Positions 18,713 to 30,582 of a stretch of 64,000 nucleotides of DNA are shown in pieces (position 1 is the stretch's first letter; every line of letters begins with the position of its first letter). A program made the position numbers and the translations under genes. The notes under the pieces were generated by a model. The model made no database searches and was not told where the DNA came from. It worked only from the letters and a program-made list of their open reading frames with translations. Source of the stretch: Corallococcus exiguus (GTDB lineage: Bacteria > Myxococcota > Myxococcia > Myxococcales > Myxococcaceae); assembly GCF_012985275.1 (NCBI RefSeq), contig NZ_JABEKY010000003.1, one strand, 5' to 3'.

Positions 18713-19768
18713 ATGCCGATGAAGACCACCGGATACGCGGCGCATTCCGCGGATGCGCCTCTTTCTCCCTATACCTTCGAACGCCGCGAGCTCCGGCACA
18801 ACGACATCGCGATGGAGGTCCTCTATTGCGGCATCTGCCATACGGACCTGCATATGGCGCGCAACGACTGGGGCGCGACCCGGTACCCGTTCGTTCCCGG
18901 TCACGAGTTTGTTGGACGTGTCATCGCCGTTGGCTCGGACGTTTCACGCCACAAGATGGGCGACGCCGTGGCGGTGGGATGCATGCTCGACAGCTGCCAG
19001 CGCTGCGACCAGTGCCGCAAGGGCGAAGAGCAGCTCTGTCGCGAGGGCCATACCCACACGTACAACGGCATGGACCGGGTGACCGGAGATCCAACCTACG
19101 GGGGCTACTCGAAGTTCATGGTGGTCCGGGAGGAGTTCGCGCTCCGCATGCCGGCCGCGCTCGCCCTTTCGAAGGCGGCGCCGCTGCTCTGTGCTGGCAT
19201 CACGACGTACTCCCCGCTACGGACGTGGGGCGTCGGTCCGGGGAGCCGCGTGGGGGTCATTGGACTGGGGGGGCTTGGCCACATGGCGGTCAAGTTCGCC
19301 GTCGCAATGGGCGCCGAAGTCACCGTGCTGAGCCGCAGCGCCGCCAAGGAAGCGGACGCCCTCGCGCTCGGTGCGGATCGCCTGTTGGTGTCGACGGATG
19401 CCAAGGCGATGGCGAAAGCAGGCTCAAGCCTCGATCTCATCATCGACACGGTGCCGACGAAGCACGAGCTCCTCCCCTACCTGCCGCTCCTGGATATCGA
19501 CGGAACGCTCGTCATCGTGGGTCAGGTCGGGCCACTGGCCGAGACGAGCTCGGTGCCACTTCTCTTCGGCCGTCGCCGCATCGCGGGCTCGCCCATCGGC
19601 GGTCTCGCCGAGACCCAGGAGATGCTCGATTTCTGCAGCCGGAAGCAGGTGCTTCCAGATTGCGAGCTGATTCGCATCGATCAGGTGAACGAGGCCTACG
19701 AGCGGCTCGGGCAAGCAGACGTTCGGTACCGCTTCGTCATCGACATGGCCTCGTTGCCACAGCCGTGA
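18713..19768 (+). CDS. zinc-dependent alcohol dehydrogenase (cinnamyl alcohol dehydrogenase / YahK-like, NADP-dependent)
   Basis: The motifs are CGICHTDLH, FVPGHEFVGRV, the structural-zinc Cys cluster CQRCDQCRKGEEQLC, and the Rossmann GVIGLGGLGHMAVKFA. Confidence 0.9.
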   Translation: MPMKTTGYAAHSADAPLSPYTFERRELRHNDIAMEVLYCGICHTDLHMARNDWGATRYPFVPGHEFVGRVIAVGSDVSRHKMGDAVAVGCMLDSCQRCDQCRKGEEQLCREGHTHTYNGMDRVTGDPTYGGYSKFMVVREEFALRMPAALALSKAAPLLCAGITTYSPLRTWGVGPGSRVGVIGLGGLGHMAVKFAVAMGAEVTVLSRSAAKEADALALGADRLLVSTDAKAMAKAGSSLDLIIDTVPTKHELLPYLPLLDIDGTLVIVGQVGPLAETSSVPLLFGRRRIAGSPIGGLAETQEMLDFCSRKQVLPDCELIRIDQVNEAYERLGQADVRYRFVIDMASLPQP

Positions 19769-19791
19769 AGTCACCCAAGGAATCCAACATC

Positions 19792-22093
<2,302 letters not shown>

Positions 22094-22216
22094 AGTGTCC
22101 AAGAACTCCTCCAGCGAAGCGGTTCCGTCTTGGCTCGATCCCCGGCGTTTGTTCGAATGCCTTCCTGTCAGCGGGCCAGGATGCTCTGACCCGGTGGCCC
22201 CCACCCCGGAGGAAGC

Positions 22217-22444
22217 ATGAAGGCATCGCGACTGAAGCAGACGATTCCTGGATTCGCGCTGATCATCGGCATCATGGCGGGCACGGCCCTGGCCATGGTT
22301 CCCGGCTCGACGGCGGAGACGACTGATAGCCAGACGTCCGCTGTCCAGATGATCTGTTCGCGCACCTGCAAGCCGTGCTCGACCCAGATGGAGTGCGGCA
22401 CGAGCGGCGGTTCCTGCGGGGTCTGGCGCTGCACCCAGCCGTAA
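22217..22444 (+). CDS. small secreted Cys-rich peptide (75-aa precursor, 6 Cys in the C-terminal 30 aa)
   Basis: The signal peptide is MKASRLKQTIPGFALIIGIMAGTALA. The mature part is ...ICSRTCKPCSTQMECGTSGGSCGVWRCTQP. A strong hairpin lies 7 bp after the stop. Confidence 0.5.
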   Translation: MKASRLKQTIPGFALIIGIMAGTALAMVPGSTAETTDSQTSAVQMICSRTCKPCSTQMECGTSGGSCGVWRCTQP

Positions 22445-22450
22445 ACACAA

Positions 22451-22480
22451 GCGCCTCCGAGTCCCAGGACCCGGAGGCGC
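22451..22480. terminator. bidirectional hairpin GCGCCTCCG-N12-CGGAGGCGC followed by TCTTCT, between the convergent peptide gene and nadC
   Basis: A perfect 9-bp inverted repeat was read from the sequence. Confidence 0.6.
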
Positions 22481-22513
22481 TCTTCTGCGGATTCGTGAAG
22501 ACCGCTGACCGCT

Positions 22514-23392
22514 TCAGCCCTGCGCGGAGCGGGGCTTGCGCGTGGACTTCTTCGTCGTCGCGATCTCCAGCGACAGGTCCATGGCCCGCGCTGAGTGCGT
22601 CAGCGCGCCCATCGACACGAAGTCCACGCCCAGCTTCGCCAGCCGGGGCAGCCGGTCCAACGTGACGCCGCCCGACACTTCGATGGGCACGCGGCTCGCC
22701 GTCAGCTTCACCGCTTCGCGGATCTGCGCGTCGTCCATGTTGTCCAACATGATGACGTCCGCGCCCGCGGCGATGGCCTCCTCCAGCTGCTTGAAGTTGG
22801 TGACCTCCACTTCAATCTTCACCAGCCGGGGACCGTTCAGCTTCGCGCGGCGCACCGCTTCGGTGATGTCGCCACCTACCGCCGCGATGTGGTTGTCCTT
22901 GATGAGGATGCCGTCGAAGAGGCCGAAGCGGTGGTTGGACGCGCCTCCCATGCGCACCGCGTGCTTCGCGAGGCCTCGCATGCCCGGCGGCGTCTTGCGC
23001 GTGTCCAGCACCCGCAGCTTCGAGCCCCGCACGGAGGTCATCGCCTGCTGGGCCAGCGTCGCGATGCCGGCGGCGCGCTGCACCAGGTTGAGCGCCGTGC
23101 GCTCCGCGGCCAGCAGCGAACGCAGCTTGCCGTGGACGCGCGCGGCGACCACCTTCGGTTTGATCTCCTCGCCGTCGCGCTTGAGGACCTCCACCTCCAC
23201 CTCCGCGTCCACCATGTGGAAGACGCGGACGAAGGCGTCCAGGCCGGCGACGATCATCTGCTCCTTCGCGACCAGCTCACCGCTGCCCTCCGCTTCGGCG
23301 GGGACCACCGCCAGCGAGGTGACGTCCCCCGCAGCACCCAGGTCCTCGTCGAGGGACAGCGCGATGAGCCGATCGAGATAATCCTGCTGCAC
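22514..23392 (-). CDS. nadC: nicotinate-nucleotide pyrophosphorylase (quinolinate phosphoribosyltransferase) with a short K/R-rich C-terminal tail
   Basis: Hallmarks of the NadC family are RVLDTRKTPPGMRGLAKHAVRMGGASNHRFGLFDGILIKDNHI and MLDNM. The gene lies 9 bp downstream of valS on the same strand. Confidence 0.9.
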   Translation of the reverse strand: MQQDYLDRLIALSLDEDLGAAGDVTSLAVVPAEAEGSGELVAKEQMIVAGLDAFVRVFHMVDAEVEVEVLKRDGEEIKPKVVAARVHGKLRSLLAAERTALNLVQRAAGIATLAQQAMTSVRGSKLRVLDTRKTPPGMRGLAKHAVRMGGASNHRFGLFDGILIKDNHIAAVGGDITEAVRRAKLNGPRLVKIEVEVTNFKQLEEAIAAGADVIMLDNMDDAQIREAVKLTASRVPIEVSGGVTLDRLPRLAKLGVDFVSMGALTHSARAMDLSLEIATTKKSTRKPRSAQG

Positions 23393-23401
23393 TTCCGCCT
23401 C

Positions 23402-26400
23402 CTACCGGCGCGCCTTGCGAGCCGGCTTGCCCCGAGTGGTCTTCTTCGCCGCGGCCTTCTTCGCGGCGGTCTTCTTCCCCGCCGCCTTCTTCGCCGAAGC
23501 CTTCTTCGCAGGAGCCTTCTTCACCGCCGCCTTCTTCGCGGCCGTCTTCTTGCCCGCTGCCTTCTTCGCGGAAGCCTTCTTCGCAGGGGCCTTCTTCGCG
23601 GCGGACTTCTTGCTCGCCGCCTTCTTCGCGGAGGCCTTCTTCACCGCCGCCTTCTTCGCGGAGGCCTTCTTCACAGGGGCCTTCTTCACCGCCGCCTTCT
23701 TCGCGGAGGCCTTCTTCGTCGGAGCCTTCTTCACCGGCTTCGCCGAGCCCTCCGGCGCCTCGCGGGCGTCGCCGCCCTCCTTGGCCCGGTCGAACTCGCG
23801 CATCGCGTCGTCCACGAGGCCCATGCTCATGTACGCGACGCCCAGGTCGTGGTGGTCCGCCGGGGACAGCCCTTCCTTGGTGCCCTCGCGCAGCTTGTTG
23901 AGGGCCTCCTCCACCATCGGATCCGCGGCCTGGGGCGCCTGCGAAGCCTCTTCGGCTTCAATCTCGCCCTTCAGCTCCTGGCCCAGGTTCACCGCTTCGT
24001 CCTTCGGTGCCTGCGGCTCGGTGGCCACCTTCACCTGGGCGCTCTCAGGCGCGAGGGACTCGGACGCTTCAGGGGCTTCGGACTCGGTGCTGCCCGGCAA
24101 CGGCGACGGCGTCTCGGACATGGGGGGCTCCGGGGCGATGCGCTGGAGGTGATCCTGCAGCTTGACCGTGCGCTCCTGGAGCTCCGCCACCCGGGCCTTG
24201 TCCTTCTCCACCACGTCCGGCGGAGCACGGGCCACGAAGTTCGGGTTGTCCAGCTTGCGCTGCAAACCGGTGAGTTCCTGCTCGGAGCGGACGATCTCCT
24301 TCTTCAGGCGGTCGCGCTCCGCGTCCAGGTCCACCAGGCCCGCCAGGGGCACGTAGATTTCCAGGTTGCCGCTCACGAACGCCGCCGCCTGCGGAGGCTT
24401 GGCGCCCGGGGGGCCCACCACCACCTCGGACAGGCCCGCGAGCGGCATCAGGTACGCGCGCCAACGCTCCAACAGCTCGCGCGTCGTCGCGTCCGGGCTC
24501 TGCACCACCGCCTTCACCTTGGCGGACGGCGGCAGGTTGCTCTCGCCGCGCAGCGTGCGCAGGCCCTCGATGGCCGCGATGACCGGCGCCATCTCGCCTT
24601 CCGCGGCCGCGTCCACCCACGCCGCCTCCGGCACCGGGTACGCCGCGATGCAGATGCTCTCCGTGGGCCGGGACATCGGCAGCTTCTGCCAGATCTCCTC
24701 GGTGATGAACGGCATGAACGGGTGCATCAGCCGCAGGATGCGGTCCAGGCACGTCACCAGCACCGCGCGCGTGGTGTCCTTGGCCTCCGCGTCGTCGCCG
24801 TACAACGAGCCCTTCGCCAGCTCGATGTACCAATCGCAGAACTCCGCCCACAGGAACTGGTACAGCGTGGACGCGGCCTCCGCGAAGCCGAACGCCTCCA
24901 GCGACGCGCGCGTCTCCTCGGTGGCCTTCTGCAGGCGGGAGAGGATCCACCGGTCCGCCAGCGTCAGCTTGCGGCCCTCCAGCGGCGTCTTGTCCAGGCT
25001 GAAGTCGCCCATGTTCATCAGGGCGAAGCGGCTGGCGTTCCACAGCTTGTTGCAGAACGCCTTGTAGCCACCCAGGCGGTCCATCGACAGCTTGATGTCA
25101 CGGCCCTGCTGCGTGAGCGACGCCAACGTGAAGCGCAGCGCGTCCGCGCCGTGCGCGGGCATGCCCTGCGGGAAGCGGTTGCGCAAGGACGGCTGCAGCG
25201 ACTCCGCCTTCGCGCCGAGGATGACGTCCAGGGGATCGATGACGTTCCCCTTCGTCTTGGACATCTTCTCGCCCTTCTCGTCGCGCACCATCGCGTGCAG
25301 GTACACGGTGCGGAAGGGCACGTCGTTCATGAAATGCAGGCCCATCATCATCATCCGGGCGACCCAGAAGAAGATGATGTCGTGGCCCGTCTCCATCACG
25401 GACGTCGGGTAGAAGGTCTGGAGGTCCGCCGTCTGCTTCGGCCAGCCCAGCGTGGAGAACGGCCACAGCGCGGACGAGAACCAGGTGTCCAGCACGTCCG
25501 GATCCTGCGTCAGCTCCTTGCCGCCGCACTTCGGGCAGGACTCCGGCGCCGTGCGCGACACGATGACGTCCGCCGTGTCCTTCGAGCGCTCTTCCGCCGG
25601 GGTGCACGCCGCGCAGTACCACGCCGGAATCTGGTGGCCCCACCACAGCTGGCGGCTCACGCACCAGTCGTGGATGTTGTTCATCCAGTGGAAGTACGTG
25701 TTCGTCCACGACTCGGGGACGAACTTGGTGCGGCCCTCCTCCACGGCCTGGATGGCCGGCTTCGCCAGGGGTTCGATCTTGATGAACCACTGCGGCGACA
25801 GGCGCGGCTCCACCACCGTGGTGCAGCGCTGGCAGGTGCCCACGTTCAGCTTGTGCGGCTCCTCCTTCTCCAGCAGGCCCAGCTCCGTCAGGTCCGCCAG
25901 CACCTGCGTGCGCGCCTCCCGGCTCTCCAGGCCCGCGTACTTGCCGGTGTCCTTCGTCATCCGCGCCGCTTCGTCCAGGATGGACAGCATCGGCAGCTTG
26001 TGGCGCAGGCCCGTCTGGTAGTCGTTGAAGTCGTGCGCGGGCGTGACCTTCACCACGCCGGTGCCGAACTCCATGTTCACCAGCTCGCCGTCCGCGATGA
26101 CCGGAATCTCACGGTCGGTGAGCGGCAGCGCCACGCGCTTGCCGATGAGGTCCTGGTAGCGCGGATCCTCCGGGTGCACGGCGACGGCCGTGTCGCCCAG
26201 CAGCGTCTCCGGGCGCGTCGTCGCCACGGTGAGGAAGCGCTCCGTGCCCTTCACCGGGTAGCGGATGTGCCAGAGCGAGCCGTTCTTCTCCTCGTGCTCC
26301 ACTTCCAGGTCGGAGAGGGCCGTGCGGCAGGACGGGCACCAGTTGATCAGCTTCTGGGCCCGGTACATCAGGCCCTCTTCGTACAGCCGGACGAACACCT

Positions 26401-26881
26401 CGCGCACCGCGGCCGAGGACTGCTCGTCCATGGTGAAGCGCTCGCGGCTCCAGTCCAGGGACGCGCCCAGGTAGCGGTGCTGCTCACCGATGCGCGCGCC
26501 GAACTTGCCCTTCCACGTCCAGACGCGCTCGAGGAACGCCTCGCGGCCCAGGTCGTGGCGGCTCTTGCCCTCCGTCTTCTTGAGCTCCTTCTCCACCACC
26601 ATCTGCGTGGCGATGCCCGCGTGGTCCGTGCCGGGCAGCCAGAGCGCGTTGAAGCCGCTCATCCGCTTCCAGCGCGTGAGGATGTCCTGGATGGTCGCGG
26701 TGAGCGCGTGGCCGATGTGCAGGCTGCCCGTCACGTTGGGCGGCGGCAGCACGATGCTGAACGGCGGCTTGGAGGAAGGGGCTTCGGCGCGGAAGTAGTC
26801 GCGCTCCAGCCAGTGGTTGTACCACCGCGCCTCCACTTCGGAGGGCTCGTAGGCCTTGGACAGTTCAGTCGTGTCAGTCAT
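23402..26881 (-). CDS. valS: valyl-tRNA synthetase with a C-terminal extension of about 150 aa carrying histone-H1-like AKKA/KKAP repeats
   Basis: The N-terminus [17 protein letters not shown], the HIGH motif ([15 protein letters not shown]), KMSKTKGN (KMSKS), editing and anticodon-binding domains and a coiled-coil C-terminus are all present. It ends with ...[32 protein letters not shown]...GKPARKARR. Confidence 0.9.
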   Translation of the reverse strand: MTDTTELSKAYEPSEVEARWYNHWLERDYFRAEAPSSKPPFSIVLPPPNVTGSLHIGHALTATIQDILTRWKRMSGFNALWLPGTDHAGIATQMVVEKELKKTEGKSRHDLGREAFLERVWTWKGKFGARIGEQHRYLGASLDWSRERFTMDEQSSAAVREVFVRLYEEGLMYRAQKLINWCPSCRTALSDLEVEHEEKNGSLWHIRYPVKGTERFLTVATTRPETLLGDTAVAVHPEDPRYQDLIGKRVALPLTDREIPVIADGELVNMEFGTGVVKVTPAHDFNDYQTGLRHKLPMLSILDEAARMTKDTGKYAGLESREARTQVLADLTELGLLEKEEPHKLNVGTCQRCTTVVEPRLSPQWFIKIEPLAKPAIQAVEEGRTKFVPESWTNTYFHWMNNIHDWCVSRQLWWGHQIPAWYCAACTPAEERSKDTADVIVSRTAPESCPKCGGKELTQDPDVLDTWFSSALWPFSTLGWPKQTADLQTFYPTSVMETGHDIIFFWVARMMMMGLHFMNDVPFRTVYLHAMVRDEKGEKMSKTKGNVIDPLDVILGAKAESLQPSLRNRFPQGMPAHGADALRFTLASLTQQGRDIKLSMDRLGGYKAFCNKLWNASRFALMNMGDFSLDKTPLEGRKLTLADRWILSRLQKATEETRASLEAFGFAEAASTLYQFLWAEFCDWYIELAKGSLYGDDAEAKDTTRAVLVTCLDRILRLMHPFMPFITEEIWQKLPMSRPTESICIAAYPVPEAAWVDAAAEGEMAPVIAAIEGLRTLRGESNLPPSAKVKAVVQSPDATTRELLERWRAYLMPLAGLSEVVVGPPGAKPPQAAAFVSGNLEIYVPLAGLVDLDAERDRLKKEIVRSEQELTGLQRKLDNPNFVARAPPDVVEKDKARVAELQERTVKLQDHLQRIAPEPPMSETPSPLPGSTESEAPEASESLAPESAQVKVATEPQAPKDEAVNLGQELKGEIEAEEASQAPQAADPMVEEALNKLREGTKEGLSPADHHDLGVAYMSMGLVDDAMREFDRAKEGGDAREAPEGSAKPVKKAPTKKASAKKAAVKKAPVKKASAKKAAVKKASAKKAASKKSAAKKAPAKKASAKKAAGKKTAAKKAAVKKAPAKKASAKKAAGKKTAAKKAAAKKTTRGKPARKARR
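23417..23755. repeat. degenerate tandem repeat of about 12-15 bp (GCCTTCTTCGCGG-type) encoding the Lys/Ala tail of ValRS
   Basis: Repeated GCCGCCTTCTTCGC(G/C) units were read on the plus strand. They are responsible for the artefactual FFAAAFF ORF 23415-24152. Confidence 0.75.
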
Positions 26882-26934
26882 TGCAAGCGGCCGGCCCCCG
26901 ACGGGGCCGGCGGGGAATCAGAGGGGACTGCGAA

Positions 26935-28197
26935 TCAATGCTGGGTCTCGCGGTCCTTGATGAGCCGCTCCAGCTCTTCCCGGATGATGGTCTCCGCCAG
27001 CTGCGGAACGACCTCCCAGGCAATCTTCTCGATGACCTCGCGGGACGCCTTCGACAGCGCCTCGCGCAGCAGCGCCTCTCCGCCATCCGCGGCCGGACGG
27101 GCGCGCGCGGGCGGAGTCGCCGGCGAGGGGCCGCCGATGTCCAGGGAGATCTCCTCCGCGCCGCTGGGCTCGGGCAGCGAGTCCTCGATGCGGATGCTCT
27201 CCGTGCGGGCCTGCGCCGCGGGCGGGGCGGCCGGAGCGCCCAGCCCGAACGGATCCCGGGCACGGGCGGCCGGAGGCACCGCGGCGGGCGGGGGCGCGGA
27301 CGGCAGCGGCGCGGCGCCCGGAGGACGCGGGAAGCCGCCCGGGATGTTCGGGGCGCCAGGGCCCGGAGGACGCGCGGCCATGCCCGGAGGCGGCGCACCC
27401 GGAGGACGCGCGCCCGGAGGCACGGCACCCGGAGGAGGACGCGCACCCGGCGGCATGGCGCCCGGAGGCGGCGCACCCGGAGGACGCGCGCCCATGCCCG
27501 GAGGCGGCGCACCCGGCGGAGGACGTGCACCCGGCGGCATGGCGCCCGGAGGCGGCGCACCCGGAGGACGCGCGCCCGGAGGAACAGCGCCCGGCAGCGG
27601 ACGCGCCGCACCCGGAGGAGGAGGCACACCAGCGCCCGGAGGACGCGCGCCCGGAGGCACGGCACCCGGAGGAGGACGCGCACCCGGCGGCATGGCGCCC
27701 GGAGGCGGCGCACCCGCGGGACGCGCACCCGGCGGCACGGCGGCGGCGGGCGGCGCGCTGACTGGAGCGCTCGGGGCGGAGGTCTGGGGCAGAATGCGCG
27801 TCGCGGCGGACGCGGGCATCGTGTTGGACTTCTGGCCCACCAGCGCCTTCACCTTGTCGAGGAGGATCTGGCTCTCGAAGGGCTTGGTGATGTGGTCATC
27901 CGCCCGGGCGGCCTTCGCGCGGTTCTCGTCGAACGCCTCGAAGGTGCCGGCGAGCAGCAGCACCGGGATGGCCTGCGTGGAGGGGTCGCCCTTGAGCGCC
28001 TCGCAGACCTCGTAGCCGCTCTTGCCCGGCATCATCACGTCGGCGAGCACCACGTCCGGACGCAGCTCGCGCGTGCGGGAGATGGCGTCCAGCCCGTTGT
28101 CCACCGCGGTCACCTGGAAGTCTTCCGTCGCGAAGATCATCCCGATCACCTTGCGGATGGTGAGCGAGTCGTCGGCGATCAGTAGATTCTTGGGCAT
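26935..28197 (-). CDS. romR: RomR-like polarity response regulator: N-terminal receiver, long proline-rich linker, conserved acidic C-terminal tail
   Basis: The receiver begins MPKNLLIADDSLTIRKV...DVVLADVMMPGKSGYEV...ITKPF, with an internal Met chosen as the start to give about 420 aa. A 250-aa PPGARPPGAPPPGAMPPGARPP repeat region follows. The C-terminus is EISLDIGGPSP...EVIEKIAWEVVPQLAETIIREELERLIKD. The domain order matches my recollection of M. xanthus RomR; no alignment was done. Confidence 0.65.
   Translation of the reverse strand: MPKNLLIADDSLTIRKVIGMIFATEDFQVTAVDNGLDAISRTRELRPDVVLADVMMPGKSGYEVCEALKGDPSTQAIPVLLLAGTFEAFDENRAKAARADDHITKPFESQILLDKVKALVGQKSNTMPASAATRILPQTSAPSAPVSAPPAAAVPPGARPAGAPPPGAMPPGARPPPGAVPPGARPPGAGVPPPPGAARPLPGAVPPGARPPGAPPPGAMPPGARPPPGAPPPGMGARPPGAPPPGAMPPGARPPPGAVPPGARPPGAPPPGMAARPPGPGAPNIPGGFPRPPGAAPLPSAPPPAAVPPAARARDPFGLGAPAAPPAAQARTESIRIEDSLPEPSGAEEISLDIGGPSPATPPARARPAADGGEALLREALSKASREVIEKIAWEVVPQLAETIIREELERLIKDRETQH
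27250..27750. repeat. proline-codon-rich tandem repeats (about 27-45 bp units) encoding the PPGARPPGAxPPG linker of the RomR-like protein
   Basis: Repeated GGCGCACCCGGAGGACGCGCGCCCGGAGG-like units were read directly. They are the source of several antisense artefact ORFs (26874-27728, 26881-28185, 27525-27761). Confidence 0.8.
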
Positions 28198-28314
28198 CGG
28201 CTCCGGCCTCGGGGGGCGCATACCCCCCTGAATTCGTTTGAGATTTCGGGCGAGCAAGCCTGCCTGCACGCCCTGTGTCAATCGGAGAAGCTTAGGATTC
28301 GCGCGTTGGGCCGA

Positions 28315-29181
28315 TCAAGAAAACATGCGCTGCAGGTCCAGTAACATCACCGGATCCGGCAGCCCCGGCGCCCGGAACGTTCCGGGAAGCTCGGCCGGCT
28401 TGAACTTCTGCAGCACACCCAGCACCCGGTTGGCCGCCAGCCCCACGTTCCGCCCCGCCATTTCCGTGAGGACGAACAACTCCTCCGCCTGGGCCGGCGC
28501 ACCCAGCAGCGCTGGAATCGAACAGATGGGCCATAGCGCCTGCGCGTGGGGATAGACGCCCGCCACCGGCCCGCTCTGCACCGGGAGGACGCTGAACGCC
28601 TCGCCCCGGGGTACCACCTGGGAGACGCAACCCAGCGGGACGCCGAACAGCACCCCCTGGGACTCCAGCACCAGCGCCCGCTCAGGGGGCTCGTCCGCAT
28701 AGTGCACGGGCCGGGGCTCTGGCGGGGTCGCCCGGGGGCCCGCCCGGTGCGGCAGCGCCTCCACGATGAGCTCCAGGTACAGCCGGTCCTTGTGCAGCAC
28801 CGCGCCCCGGCTCAGCGGCGCCAGCGAGTCCGCCAGTCCCGGAGGCAGCAGGAAGAACGGATCCCTCGCGACGTCCGCGACCTCCACCACTGCGCGCACC
28901 CGCACCGCGAGCGTGGGGCTGACGTCCAGGACCACCACCATGCCCGGCACTTCCTCAGGCAGGCCGCCGAGCAACGCGGCGAGGTCCTTCACTTCCAGTA
29001 CGCCGCGCAGACTCGCGCCGCGAGCGCCCGGCATCGCGACCTCGATGACGGAGGTGGCCTCCACCGCGTAGCGCGTCTCTCCGGCCTCCACCAGCAGGCA
29101 GAGCCGCCGTCCGCTTTCAAAGGGCACGGCCCGGGACCCTAGCAGCCTTCCAGCGTTGGGTGCTAAGCCCTGAACAGTCAT
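28315..29181 (-). CDS. CheW-like coupling protein with two tandem CheW-like domains
   Basis: Two segments resemble CheW domains (RLCLLVEAGETRYAVEATSVIEVA...MVVVLDVSPT... and ALVLESQGVLFGVPLGCVSQVVP...VGLAANRVLGVL). Choosing Met15 as the start makes its ATG (29179-29181) overlap the divergent GGDEF gene's ATG (29180-29182). The track ORF starts at 29223. Confidence 0.65.
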   Translation of the reverse strand: MTVQGLAPNAGRLLGSRAVPFESGRRLCLLVEAGETRYAVEATSVIEVAMPGARGASLRGVLEVKDLAALLGGLPEEVPGMVVVLDVSPTLAVRVRAVVEVADVARDPFFLLPPGLADSLAPLSRGAVLHKDRLYLELIVEALPHRAGPRATPPEPRPVHYADEPPERALVLESQGVLFGVPLGCVSQVVPRGEAFSVLPVQSGPVAGVYPHAQALWPICSIPALLGAPAQAEELFVLTEMAGRNVGLAANRVLGVLQKFKPAELPGTFRAPGLPDPVMLLDLQRMFS

Positions 29182-30568
29182 GGCGCGACTGCTCCTCGTC
29201 GACGACGAAAAGATCGCCCGCAATCTCTACGGCGACTACCTCACGGCCGCGGGACACCTGGTCACGGCGGTGCCCACCGTGGCGGACGCGAAGGCCGCCC
29301 TCTCCGCGGCGCGGTTCGACGCGGTGGTGACGGACCTCATCCTCCCCGGCGGCGACGGCATGGAGGTGCTTCGCCACGTGCGCGAGCGCTACCCCGGCGT
29401 GGAGGTGCTGGTCATCACCGGCCTGGACAAGGTGGCCCCCGCGGTGCGCGCCATCAAGAGCGGCGCGGCGGAGTACCTGGTCAAGCCCGTGGCGCCGGAG
29501 GCCCTGGAGCACGCGCTGCGCCGCGCGCTCACCACGCGCGACCTGATGCGTGAGAACGCGTCCCTGCGCCAGCACGTCGCGCTGCTGGAGGCGGGCCAGC
29601 GCATCGCCACCACGCTCGACCGCGAGCGGCTGTCCACGGCCGCGTCCGACGCGCTGGAGTCCATGGCCAACGCCTCCGCGGTGATGCTCCTGGAGCGGGA
29701 CCCTGGCGGCACGGGCTTCCGCTCGCACGGCATGCGCGGGCTGCCGGTGGACCTGCACGAGGCGCTCGTCCCGCTGCTCATCGAGCGGCTTTCGGGCACG
29801 CGCACGCAGGTGGAGCTCGACGGACTTCAAGTTCCCTGGCCGCGCACCCTCTCCTTCCCCGCCGTGGACGGCGAGCTGGTGCTGGGCCACGCGGTGCTCT
29901 TCCACGACAACGCGCCCGCGGAGCACCACGCGGAGACCGTGGGCTTCCTCGTGCGCAACTGGGCGCTGGCCCTGCGCAACCTGGGCCGCTTCGCCGCCGT
30001 GGAGGACCTGGCCTACGTCGATGATCTCACCCGCCTGTTCAACACGCGCTACCTGCACCTGGTGCTGGACCGCGAGGTGAACGAGGCCCTCCAGACGGAG
30101 CGCCCCTTCTCCCTGCTGTTCCTGGACCTGGACCGCTTCAAGGCCATCAACGACACGCACGGGCACCTGGTGGGCTCGCGGGTGCTGGTGGAGGCCGCGC
30201 GCGTGCTCAAGGGCTGCGTGCGCGACCCGGACGTGGTGGCGCGCTTCGGCGGCGACGAGTACGTGGTGCTCCTGCGCGGCACGGACTCCGGCGGGGCCCT
30301 CAAGGTCGCCGAGCGCATCCGCCGCACCATGGAGACCCATCAGTTCCTGGGCCGCGAGGGGCTGGCGCTCAAGCTCACCACCTGCATCGGCGTGGCCAGC
30401 TTCCCGGAGCATGCCCAGGACAAGGACCACCTGCTGGACCTGTCCGACCGGGCCATGTACCGGGGCAAGCGCGGCACCCGGAACGTCGTCTACATGGCGG
30501 CGCAGGACCTGGAAGCCACCCCGGCCGAGCGCCGTCAGAATCCCCCGCCCCCGCAGGGCCAGGGCTGA
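29180..30568 (+). CDS. response regulator receiver + GAF-like middle + GGDEF diguanylate cyclase
   Basis: The receiver is MARLLLVDDEKIARN...VTDLILPGGDGMEV...YLVKP. The GGDEF domain has RLFNTRYLH...LLFLDLDRFKAINDTHGH...RFGGDEYVVLL, with an intact GGDEY active site. Confidence 0.85.
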   Translation: MARLLLVDDEKIARNLYGDYLTAAGHLVTAVPTVADAKAALSAARFDAVVTDLILPGGDGMEVLRHVRERYPGVEVLVITGLDKVAPAVRAIKSGAAEYLVKPVAPEALEHALRRALTTRDLMRENASLRQHVALLEAGQRIATTLDRERLSTAASDALESMANASAVMLLERDPGGTGFRSHGMRGLPVDLHEALVPLLIERLSGTRTQVELDGLQVPWPRTLSFPAVDGELVLGHAVLFHDNAPAEHHAETVGFLVRNWALALRNLGRFAAVEDLAYVDDLTRLFNTRYLHLVLDREVNEALQTERPFSLLFLDLDRFKAINDTHGHLVGSRVLVEAARVLKGCVRDPDVVARFGGDEYVVLLRGTDSGGALKVAERIRRTMETHQFLGREGLALKLTTCIGVASFPEHAQDKDHLLDLSDRAMYRGKRGTRNVVYMAAQDLEATPAERRQNPPPPQGQG

Positions 30569-30582
30569 ACGCCGGACGCGCG

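Noticed and set aside
22595-28015. 1806-aa plus-strand ORF spanning nadC, valS and the romR-like gene
   Set aside because: It is antisense to three well-supported minus-strand genes. Its product is extremely R/L/G/H-rich low-complexity with repetitive LLRGGLL and PGGRAPGG runs, which is the mirror image of the Lys/Ala and Pro repeats. This is a typical high-GC antisense artefact.
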